From Felis catus (Eukaryota): DNA of 64,000 nucleotides. A program made the translations under genes and the position numbers. The first letter of the stretch is position 1. Every line of letters starts with the position of its first letter. Positions 13,991 through 23,961 of the stretch are shown piece by piece. The stretch lies in assembly GCF_018350175.1 (NCBI RefSeq), contig NC_058373.1:113090001-113154000 (forward strand). The letters run 5' to 3'. Under the pieces are notes generated by a model. That model was not told the DNA's origin and ran no database searches. It saw only the letters and a list, made by a program, of their open reading frames with translations.

Positions 13991-14099
13991 CAGCAGCTGT
14001 ATAGGTGCGCATTTTGCCATGACCCACAACAAGTTTCACTACTTGGATACACAACTGAATCCACCTGTCGTTGTTAGATTCAGATCCTGCAGAACACTG

Positions 14100-14350
14100 A
14101 TGCCCAAAATACTCAGAAATGTGGGAGATATGCACTAGAAAACAACAGGCAGGAAGTCTGCAATCTGTAAGTAAAGACTAGTTTGCAGAACTTTGATAAT
14201 CTGCCCCACATAAATATCTACTGCCTTTACTTTTCCCCCAAATTTCAAGGGGTTCCCGTAAGTGTGCATTCAGCTCCAGTGTCTATTAGAGCTGGTAGTC
14301 TGTAAGTGCAAGACCAATAAATGGTTAATTCAACATGCAGCCTCTGTTTG
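14100..14350 (-). pseudogene. ERV protease remnant
   Basis: ALIDTGAECT aspartyl-protease motif at ~14263-14292. Confidence 0.85.
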
Positions 14351-14399
14351 CCCCCTACTGCAAGCAATGTTAGCATAATCCCTGGTCTCTAGGGGTAAG

Positions 14400-16150
14400 G
14401 TGTATCCACTCCCAAAATTCCTGTTAGCAGAGGTGCTCTGGGGAACACACCTGGTTTTCTTGAGCTTTCCTCCAAGGGAATAAACTGCTTTCCCTTAAGC
14501 AATGTCTTCCATAGGCTTACCAAGACCAAACTGGGTTGTGTAGATTTTCTCTCCGGGACCTATATAAAATTAGATCTCGGCAATAATTTTTGAGAGACCT
14601 TGATGGACCCCCTCTCTGCCATTTTATCATTGGCAGGACCTTTTGTTTTCCCATTTTTCAACCTATTTCCCTTATGACAGATTCTTCTGGTTTGACTTAA
14701 GTCAGCCACCATAGTAGCTACTATACCAAATGGGTTGGTTAACCAAAGGGACGAGAACAGATACTAAGTCCCATATCATGCCCCTGGGGCTGACTGTAAT
14801 ATAAGGTCTTCAATACCAGAGAAAAATAATTCTTTGTTGAGGCCTCTAAAATGCTAGGCATAAATGGCAGGTTTCATTCCCAGTTCACGTATAATTTCTT
14901 GTAGTTCTTGCATAGAGATCAGGGAATATCCCCTTTGCTAGGCCAAGTTTTTTTTTTTAATTCCCATTATATTTCAGTTTTTATTAATGGTTGGCTCACC
15001 GTCACAGTCACAAGTTCAGCACACTGGTATGTAATGCATTATTTATTCTCTAATTTGTTTATTCATTACTATATATAGAATATATACATATATAATTAAA
15101 GCTGAATTGGGTCCCCATGAGGTATATGTTGAAGTCCTAACCCCGGTTAAAATGAGGCCTTTAGGCTGGAATCTAATTCAATCTGACGCCCTTTTAATAA
15201 GAATATTACAACACACAGAGAGACACCACAGAGGAAAAACCATGTGAGGACACAGCCATCTGCAAGCCAGAGACAGGCTTCAGTTAGGCCAAGTTATCTT
15301 AATACTAGCATTTATCCAGTCAAATTAGCTAAGTGCCCATGATTCTCACCTAGGACTGTGGCATGTATTTGTCACAAGGCAGGTTGAGCAGGGACTGAGG
15401 CCATTTTTGACGTCCCAAACCTCCACCAGAACACCATCTTCCCCAGTATCCCACAGTCCCAACACTCAAGCTGCCACCCCTTTTTCGGCCCTCCTTCTTA
15501 AAGTGGCTGACTGGCTCCACTACGTCAGGGGCAGAATATTCCCTCACAGTCGTTTCCTGAGCATGGGAATTTCTTCTGCTCATCCTCAGGCAAACAAGCA
15601 GCCTGGGGCTCTGTTCCAACCAAAGGGCATGCCTATAAATCATCTTCCCCCTCTAGGAAAACATCCTCCTCATCAGAGCCATTACCCCAGGGATCGCAGG
15701 CCTCAGGACGCCAACTCTCCTGAGACCTCACAGTTCTCCCTTTAGTGCGAGGTAGTGGGCACTCACCCTCCTCCACCCGCCACCAACGGCCATCATTCCC
15801 AAGTGCCCCACCCCCCCAACCCCGCTGCTGGATTCCTCCGGACAGAACAACCCTAGGGGAAGAACGTGCTGCTCCCACATCCTCTTACAAAGCCAATGCC
15901 ACCTCTCCGGTCCGTTCCAAATCCCTCTCTACTCCCAACTCTCCCTCCATGGCACCTCACAACACACAGACCAACTGCCAAGCCACCGCCACAACTGCTA
16001 TTCCACTCTCCCTTCTCCTTTTCTCCCCCCTCCCGGTTTCAGGCAGGCTATACACCAACCCCTTGGCCATATTCAGGGCACCCCCGCACTCACACACCTG
16101 GCCAAGTCTCCCCACGTGGCGGTGGCTAGCCAGCTCAGGCTCCCCCCACC
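14400..16150 (-). pseudogene. ERV gag remnant, interrupted by a retrocopy
   Basis: Peptide fragments WINASIKITWPSKGDIP, IIRELGMKPAIYA and VLVSLWKTLLKGKQF between PBS and protease resemble class III Gag; stops and frameshifts present. Confidence 0.65.
14950..15284 (-). mobile_element. L1-mediated retrocopy of a transcript 3' end (unique AT-rich sequence plus an MLT1 fragment)
   Basis: 11-bp TSD taggccaagtt (14939-14949 and 15285-15295); poly(T) on + to 14958; AATAAA on - at 14980-14985; MLT1-like sequence ~15100-15284. Confidence 0.85.
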
Positions 16151-16185
16151 CCTGGCCCCTAGACCAGGCTAGCTTCACTTTCAGT

Positions 16186-16203
16186 TTCCTGGCTGGCTTG
16201 CCG
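16186..16203 (-). promoter_or_regulatory. Retroviral primer-binding site, tRNA-Arg(ACG) type
   Basis: + strand ttcctggctggcttgccg versus tRNA-Arg(ACG) 3' end CTCCTGGCTGGCTCGCCA: 15/18 identical, 2 nt inside the 5' LTR end. Confidence 0.8.
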
Positions 16204-16205
16204 GC

Positions 16206-16716
16206 TGGTAGAAGATGGAGGAGGGACACTGAGAAGGCACTCAGAAAAACAATGCAAGCCTCTCAGAACCGGTTACACCCTTTTACTCACAGTAACTTAC
16301 CGACTGGGGGGGGATCAGGAAGCCTAACGACCCAAAGAGCTACTGTCCGCCAAGCCTGGCCCATAATCCCCTGCTTTTATAGAGCAAGGGGCATGGTGGA
16401 GTGGTTACAGGATAATTACCTAAAGTGGCACCTTCTGTGCACCAACCACCCCATTAGTTACCTCGAGCAGCTCCTCCAACCAGCTCTACTACTTACCTAA
16501 AGTGGCACCTTCTGTGTGCCAGCCATCTCTACTAGTTACCTAAAGTGGCTCCCTCTGTGGGCCACTTTAGGAAAGATCAGGACAAGCCTTCCCACATTCT
16601 GGTTACGGCAAACATTAACCTCCATGGAGCCTGGAACACATAGTCCCAAAGTCATAGTGCAGGCATGAACAAGATGGAGGGCCAAAGATGGAGTCAGTGT
16701 TGTCAGTACTCTTACA
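16206..16716 (-). repeat. ERV 5' LTR (~511 bp)
   Basis: Begins TGTAAGAGTACTGACAACACTGACTCC on -; TATA-like TATAAAAG ~16374-16381; AGTAAA ~16282-16287; adjacent to the PBS. Confidence 0.85.
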
Positions 16717-17100
16717 CATACACAAAAGGATTTAAGAGTACCCTCCCCCACAAAATAGTAAAACTACACATTCATCAACAGGAAAACGGCTAAATTCCAT
16801 TGTCCATTCAATGGAGTACCATGCAGCTGCTATAAAGAAAAAGGAAAATCTATGCACTGATGTAGATAGCTGTCCAAATTCTGCCAGGGGGAGCAGCCAG
16901 GAAACGTTATTGAATTATATAACAATTGCATGTCTGTTGCTAAAAACATCATGAAAGACAGGGAGACTGAAAGACTAAAAATCAGTGTCATGAAGAACTC
17001 CTCTGGGAAATGAAACAAGGGTAGTTAGGTAGGGGAAGAGGAGTAACTTTCACTTTTTAAATATACTTCCACATTCACATAGCAATTACCCAAAAAGCAA
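16717..17100 (+). mobile_element. Old L1M (L1ME-like) 3' region, right part
   Basis: Continues the L1 consensus order: ttcatcaacaggaaaacggctaaat...caatggagtaccatgcagc. Confidence 0.6.
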
Positions 17101-17539
17101 TGAAATGAAACATACTATGGGCCAGCACTGTTCTAGGGACAAGAAAGTCTCTGCTCTCAAGGAACTAACCAACCAAACAAGAAAATATGCAGTAATACAT
17201 ACTACAACTAAAATAAGGAAATGTGACAGAAGTAAATATGGTGGTCACTTCTGATTAGGTAATGAGGGATGGCCTATCTAAAGAGACCAGAATGGCCAGA
17301 GGAGCAAATCACAAGAAGTTCTGAGGAAAGAACATTTCAGGCAGAAGAAACAGCTACTGAAAAGGTCCTGGAGGAAGATGGTAGGGAGAATGTTCTAAAT
17401 GAGATCAGAGAGGCAGGCAGGGGCCAGATGGGATCAAGTGGGGCTTTGCAGGCAAGAGTAATGAGTTTGAATTTTATTAAGTAATCTGAAACTTGTTACA
17501 GTGATAATGGTATTTTTACTTTTGAGAGAAAAAAAATTA

Positions 17540-17790
17540 GGGGCAGCTGGTGGCTCAGTCAGTTGGGTGTCCGACTTCAGCTCAGGTCATGATCTCACGG
17601 TTTGTGGGTTCAAGCCCCGCGTCGGGCTCTGCGCAGACAGCTCAAAGCCTGGAGCCTGCTTCAGTTCTGTGTCTCCCTCTCTCTCTGCCCCTCCCCTGCT
17701 CACACTCTGTCTCTCCCTCTCAAAAATAAATAAACACACAAAAAAAATTTTTTTAAATAATAAAAAGACAAAATTTTAAATTAAAATAAA
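17540..17790 (+). mobile_element. CAN-SINE
   Basis: Head, body and A tail about 80 nt from the ATP6V1D exon 2 donor. Confidence 0.92.
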
Positions 17791-17871
17791 GAAAAATTTA
17801 AATGCCAATAGCCATGCTAGATTTTCCTTAGATACCTCTAAAATAACTGTTCTAAAAACAGTTCATTCTAC

Positions 17872-17989
17872 CTCTATTATCTTCTTTAGGATCTGTCGAA
17901 ATCGAAGAGTTAAGGCATCAGATTTTTTCTTCAGGAGGTTTCGACCTGTCTGTGCTCCTTTTAATCGAGCCTTCATGATGGTCTGTGCC
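17872..17989 (-). CDS. ATP6V1D: ATP6V1D exon 2
   Basis: AQTIMKARLKGAQTGRNLLKKKSDALTLRFRQILKKIIE; tag/gtagaa boundaries. Confidence 0.97.
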
Positions 17990-19480
17990 CTACACAAACA
18001 AAGTTAGAGACATTTATTCACACTGTTTAAAAGACATACAAATATCTCCCCAATACAGTGTTAAAATCATGCTTCATTCTTTGATGTCATGAGAATAAGA
18101 ATATTAGCACTTGTGCTGACAGTTACAATTAATTGGTTTCTCAATACTGTAGATTTCCACCCTCAGCATTCCATAAATAAGAAGTTCATTTATTTAAAAC
18201 AGAAACAATTCTTTAACCAATATCTGGAATTAGTTATTAAATTATGATAAAATTCATCAGGAGTTCTATCTTATAATGCCACCATAGTTAAAATATTAAT
18301 TTGATTTGTAAGTTAAAATAATATCTGTGTTTCCATTACACATGTATTAAGCATTTAAAAAAAAATCTGTCCCCTAATAAATATCATAATTTGAAATGCA
18401 CTTACCTCAGGACCAACAATTCCACTTTGAGGAATTTATCCTACAGATTTACTCCCACATATACACAAAAATATACACAAGGTTAAGGATGAGTACTCCA
18501 GCCTTATATGTAATAGCAAAAGGGTGGATATTGGTGTCCCATAAATCATGGTTCTTCCAAGGGAATGTTATGCAGTCATAAAAAAAAATAAGAGGAAGGT
18601 AGATCTACATATGCTCCCTATTTTATAGTCTCTTACTCATACAAAATAAGGGATAAATATGCTTATTTTGATACAGAGAATAGTTCTAGAAAAGATTCAC
18701 AGAAACTGATAAGTTTCCTTTGGGAAATGGGACTGAGTGAAAAAAAAATGGATTACTTTTTACTATTATATTTATATTCCTTTGAACCTTTTGAGTTTTA
18801 TACCACAACCATTTATTACTTTTTCTATTAAAAGTGTGGCACTAATGTTTTCATATCATCAGTCAAAATCCTACCAGCAATCATTTTATTAATTTATAAA
18901 TGATTCTAGGAAACAATGACACATATAAGTAAAGACTTCTGAGAAGTGGCAAACTACTGAAGTCTCCTTACCTCCTTATTCCAATCTTTTCCTATCAGAA
19001 ATCCCAATACAAGTCAAGAAAGTAATAGCAGAAATTGACATTTCTGTCCTTCCTACCCTATGCCAGGTAAAATTTAATTTTTAAAAAAAGTGGGTAATAC
19101 AATTTAACAATATGTTGTATAATGTTGATAAAATGATTTGTATAAGGGGATATAATTTCATATTACCAGTGTTGTAACAAACTGCAAAGTATCATGTATT
19201 AATGGACTTTTGGGTAAATTCCTAGATTTTACTCATCTTTTACCATAGGGGAAACGTTACTGAGATAATTCTATAGCTGGAAGAAACTTTAAACATTATC
19301 TTGAAAATGAGACTTAGAAAAACGAAACACTTTCTCACTCTAGGTGAAAAAAATAAACAGACTGAAACAGATTTCTGACTCCAGTGCCTTGTCCAAGGCT
19401 CAAATCAAGGCTCAAACCTAGTCCCACTGTATCCCAACCACATGCCACGCTGCCTATTAGAAACAGCATCAGACAGGGCG

Positions 19481-19697
19481 GGGGATGCCTGCGTGTCTCA
19501 GTAGGTTGAGAGCCGCCAGACTTCGGCTCAGGTCATGGTCTCACCTCATGGTTCATGGGTTCGAGCCCCGCATCAGGCTCTGTGCTGACAGCTCGGAGCC
19601 TGCTTCAGATTCTGTCTCCCTCTCTCTCTCTCTGCCCCTTCTCGACTCTCTCTCTCTCTCAAAAATAAATGTTAAAAAAAAAATTAAAAAAAAAAAA
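19481..19697 (+). mobile_element. CAN-SINE
   Basis: TSD agaaac(a/g)gcatcaga. Confidence 0.92.
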
Positions 19698-19956
19698 AGA
19701 AACGGCATCAGATGAACAGTTCTCTCTTTGAAAACTATCAGTGGCTGACTTTGTACTGACTGGCCTCACTGAAGGTCTAAGCAAAGCTGGTTCAGTTTCC
19801 AGCCTGAGCTGGAGCTATCCTCCCCAATGTGTACATTTAACATATCATATTGTTGACACTAAGGACCAGAATTTGAGCTCGAAGGGTTGGATCAAATTTA
19901 AGTCAAATCCCAGTACTGCAGATTCCAGCAAGTTTATTGTAAAAAAGATAATCTGG

Positions 19957-20176
19957 GGGGCGCCTGGGTGGTGCAGTCGGTTAAGCGTCCGACTTCAGCC
20001 AGGTCATGATCTCGCGGTCCGGGAGTTCGAGCCCCGCGTCAGGCTCTGGGCTGATGGCTCAGAGCCTGGAGCCTGTTTCCAATTCTGTGTCTCCCTCTCT
20101 CTGCCCCTCCCCCGTTCATGCTCTGTCTCTCTCTGTCCCAAAAATAAATAAATGTTGAAAAAAAAAATTAAAAAAA
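19957..20176 (+). mobile_element. Young CAN-SINE (ttcagccaggtc subfamily)
   Basis: TSD aaaaaagataatctgg; CpGs largely intact. Confidence 0.95.
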
Positions 20177-21120
20177 AAAAAAGATAATCTGGTTGATAAA
20201 ACTGAATTTACCATGCTAATTTTAATTTCCTCCCAGCTAATGGCACTTCTGTGAAACAGACAAATTTTAATTCTTGAGATTTGAAGAGTGACTTGCCCAA
20301 GGACTTACAGCCAGTATGTCATAAAACTTGTAAGATGCAAGTATCTGACACAGAAGTCACGAAAGTATTTTCTATCCTAGCTCTTAAAACATATATTCTC
20401 TTATAAGTCTCAGAGCCACTTGACAATAGGAAAAATGTATGACCTTCATCTAGAATGACTGTTTTCAGCTGAATCAAACGCATCTGACTGCATGACAAAA
20501 TACCCACTGCTAAGCCTTAGGGAAAATATTTAGAGAAGCAGTTACTTCCTGCACCTGATTTTCCTCTCAATCAGCAAGCTGAGTGCTCTTAAATAGCAGT
20601 TTTCACCTTTTGGAACCTATTAGTCTTCCTGTATAAGCCCAAAGAAGTTTATTTTCACTTTAGTCTCAAAGTAAAAACAAAACAAAAATGCTAACATTCT
20701 GACTACTATCAAAGATAAACACAGCCAGACATTAAAATGGTGAAAACAGAATTTGTTCAGTAACCACTAACAGTGGGAGAAAGAGCTGAGCTCCATTCTG
20801 ATTTGTGCAGAAGTGGTTGGGTATTTCAAAGGAATAAGGGAGAGGACTAAGAGCAGCCTCAAGAAGGGTCACAGAACTGAAAAATTACCAAGGGTTAGTC
20901 AGTAAAAATGACTTTAGGCAAGCTGTGTCTACTAGCTGGCAATCATGAAGTTAGGATTCTATCCTCCCACAGAGACTGGCAGACAGAGGCCCTATCCTTC
21001 CTAATATCTATGTTTCAAAGAAATGGCTTTCAGGTCCTTGAGAAAGGGACTTCTAAGTTGTAGAATAGACATATACATCTCAAAAAGAAAAGAAAGGATT
21101 CATAATTGTAAGCTACTTTT

Positions 21121-21358
21121 TTTTTAAATTTTTTTTTTAATTTTTTTTTTTCAACGTTTATTTGTTTTTGGGACAGAGAGAGACAGAGCATGAACGGGGG
21201 AGGGGCAGAGAGAGAGGGAGGGAGACACAGAATCGGAAACAGGCTCCAGGCTCTGAGCCATCAGCCCAGAGCCCGACGTGGGGCTCGAACTCACGGACCG
21301 CGAGATCGTGACCTGGCTGAAGTCGGACGCTTAACCGACTGCGCCACCCAGGCGCCCC
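21121..21358 (-). mobile_element. Young CAN-SINE (ttcagccaggtc subfamily)
   Basis: TSD aattgtaagctactttt (21104-21120, 21359-21375). Confidence 0.95.
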
Positions 21359-21428
21359 AAATTGTAAGCTACTTTTACTGAATGCCTTAAGAAAGGGAAG
21401 TCAGGAGCCTATTGTCAAGTACTGGATC

Positions 21429-21645
21429 GTGGCATCTGGGTGGCTCAGTTGGTTAAGCGTCTGACTTTGGCTTGGGTCAGTATCTTGCAGTGCATGAGTT
21501 CGAGACCCGCATCAGGCTCTGTGCTGGCCGCTCAGAGCCTGGAATCTGCTTTGGGTTCTGTGTCTCCCTCTCTCTCTGCCCCTCCCCCTCTTGCTCTCTG
21601 TCTCTCTAAAAAAAAAAAAAGAAGAAGAAGAAAAGAAAAAAAAAA
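21429..21645 (+). mobile_element. CAN-SINE
   Basis: Head, body and A/GAA tail. Confidence 0.92.
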
Positions 21646-23135
21646 GTATTGGATAGAACAAACAATAAATTCTCCTGGAAGCACTGAGCTTTCTCAGGCA
21701 GCCATGTTGATGGCCTTAGGCCGTGCTAGAATTTGGTGGTCTCTCAGCACAGACATTTGGTAAGACTCAAACTCAAGTACAGGGAGTTCTGCAGATCTCA
21801 CTACTTCAAAGTAGGCTTGATCCTGACCTATTTTACAGGCAGTGCCTTTCTCCACAATGGGCTTGCTTCCCACCTAATACAAATATCTACTAGAAAATCA
21901 GCAGGTAAAGGTAAAAAATAACAAAATCCCAAAACGCTTTCATTTCATTAAGAACTGCAGCCACCCTGGAAAGAAATCTAGGAGTGAGTTTGAATATAAT
22001 TCTTTTATTTTAAGCATTCTCAGATTCTCTAAGAAAAAGATCAAGATGAAGAAAAAGAACAGAACACCCCCAAAGAAATAGGACCATAATCTAAAGACCT
22101 AAATGTCAGAGGCAAACCTGATTTCCTGCTCCTTGTTGGAAAAAACAAACAAACAAGACAAAAGGAAGTGGAAGAAGAGAGAGAAAAGAATAATCTATAC
22201 TTCCCACACATTGTTAGGCACATTTGAGAAAACTACAAAACCTTTTACAACTGTTCAAACACTTAGGGCTTTTTCTTCCTGCCAAAGAATTCAGACAAAA
22301 GAGAAAGGCAGGCCACAACTGGGCAGATTCCAAGGCATAGGTTCACTCAAGGAACATTTTTTGTAGACTTTCTATTGATTAATTATTAAGACACTCTTCT
22401 CCTGGAGAAAGCTCACAGTCCAGGGGGAAAGATATGTAAACAAATATCCACTTTACAGTGTGATGGGTGGTATTAACAGAGGTCTGAACAAGGGGCAATG
22501 GTGATGAAGCAAAAAAAGAGTGCCTGGGAAACTCAGGGATATCTTCCAGCCGCAGGTGACATTTCATGGGATCTCAGAAAATGAGAAAAGGGATCCAAGA
22601 TCGAATCTGACGTCCACGCTAGTGCAATTCGATTCAACCCCCAATTTGGCCTAGAAGCCTCTTCTATGTGCTTACCACAGTAAACTTCCCTTCTCAAAGT
22701 ATTTATGAAACCTCGCTGGCCTGTCCATCTCTCCGCTAAAACTGTAAGCTCTCTAAGGCAAAACTGGCGACTCATAGTTCTATAGAACTCATAGTTATAG
22801 AACTCATAGTTCTATAAACCCAGTGCCCAGCTCAATAAGGGAATATGGAACGAATGGCTCGATTAATGAATAAAGACTGCGGACCTCCATAAAAACCAGC
22901 AGTTCGGACAGACTGTTCCTACGGCTTGGGATCTGTCCAGTCTGGTTCCCTCAAAGGAATATGTGAGGGGGTCATCAGGAAGCGTCGTCCCAGACTCACG
23001 AAAAGGGACGGGGTGAGCTCAGTATCTACCCAGGAAACAATGAACCTCCCTGCTAGTCCAGGGTATGGAGGGGTCGCTGCTTCGAACAGGCGTTCATGAA
23101 CCTATGAATGCTGCTCGACCCGTTCTTTTACTTAC

Positions 23136-23176
23136 ATGCGCGAGGGAAAGATTTCAATTCGGTCTTTGCCCGACAT
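23136..23176 (-). CDS. ATP6V1D: ATP6V1D exon 1, coding part
   Basis: ATG TCG GGC AAA GAC... = MSGKDRIEIFPSR(M); donor gtaagt. Confidence 0.96.
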
Positions 23177-23376
23177 TCTGACGATGATAGTTCGGTTCGA
23201 GTCTGGGCCGGGCTATCGTGGCTGCAACACCCACAGCCACAGGGACCTCCTCTACGGGAGTCAGCTGGTTGTATCACCTGACCTCCCCGCGTTGCTAAGT
23301 GGCAGCCGGGATTCTTACACACGCATTCTTAACTTCCGCTTCCTGTTGGCACTTGGCGGGGGCGGTTGGGGAGGAC

Positions 23377-23407
<31 letters not shown>

Positions 23408-23808
23408 GATGCCCGGATGTTGAGGCCTCGCCCCCTCCACCCCCGAACCGCCCCTCACTTCCGGTTCGCCTCCTAGCCCCTCCCCCTCCCCCTCCCAGGA
23501 GGCTGAGTAAGGCTTTGCACGCGCGAGGTGAAAGAACAGGGGAGGAGTACACTCCTTCTCTTCCTCCACTTTTCGTCTTTGGTCACAGCGCCACCTCATG
23601 GTTGACAGAAGCTTTGAGAGAGACTTAATTCTTCAAGGACAAGGAATCAGAGTCCTACCAGTTCCCTGCGCCTTGAAGGTTACTTAACGAAAACGACAGA
23701 TAATCGAGAAAACATACTTTTCAGGTCCTCCTATGATCTACTTTCTTCCTTTTCTTCGGAGGACCTAGACTCTATGATCAGTGAGGAAGAGGGACCGCTG
23801 TTCTACTG

Positions 23809-23843
23809 GCGCATGCGCAATGCGAGGTGGTTCCGCATGCGCG
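23809..23843. promoter_or_regulatory. Tandem NRF1 (alpha-Pal) sites
   Basis: Palindrome GCGCATGCGC at 23809-23818 and TCCGCATGCGCG at 23832-23843, just upstream of EIF2S1 exon 1; NRF1/alpha-Pal is an established binder of the eIF2-alpha promoter. Confidence 0.85.
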
Positions 23844-23859
23844 GTGGGATAGAGCGAAG

Positions 23860-23961
23860 CGCACGCTGAGGTTCGGCTGCCGCTGCGGCTGGACTGTCTA
23901 ATCTCTGCGATTAAAGAGCACGGCACGGGATCCCGGCGCGGGATTCACATACATACCTCAG
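23860..23961 (+). other. EIF2S1: EIF2S1 non-coding exon 1 (5' UTR; start approximate)
   Basis: Ends GGGATTCACATACATACCTCAG|gtgatt, matching the recalled mammalian EIF2S1 leader ...CCTCAG-AATGCCG. Confidence 0.8.

Larger units (their letters stand above)
10463..16716 (-). mobile_element. Degenerate class III endogenous retrovirus (HERV-S/ERVL-like), LTR-gag-pro-pol-LTR, no env
   Basis: TG...CA termini, related LTRs at both ends, PBS, PPT, 5-bp TSD (tatac 10458-10462 / catac 16717-16721), and protease, RT and integrase motifs on the - strand. Confidence 0.92.
20700..21760. mobile_element. Solo ERV1-type LTR (MER31/MER67-like) interrupted by two SINEs
   Basis: Recalled LTR phrases gagctgagctccattctga and ggccctatccttcctaatatctatgtttcaaag...caggtccttgagaaag; family assignment tentative. 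Confidence 0.5.

Noticed and set aside
11100..16150. Possible domesticated or intact retroviral gene
   Set aside because: gag and pol contain many stops and frameshifts, the RT YxDD is decayed, gag is interrupted by an insertion, and there is no room for env between integrase and the PPT.
15745..16500. 251-aa + strand ORF and neighbouring 80-112-aa ORFs
   Set aside because: Antisense to the C-rich ERV leader, gag and LTR; non-ATG start, low-complexity Pro/Ser/Thr content and no recognisable domain.
16417..16560. Repeat-spacer pattern that superficially resembles a CRISPR array
   Set aside because: Mammalian DNA, only three unevenly spaced units inside an LTR U3, related spacers and no cas genes.
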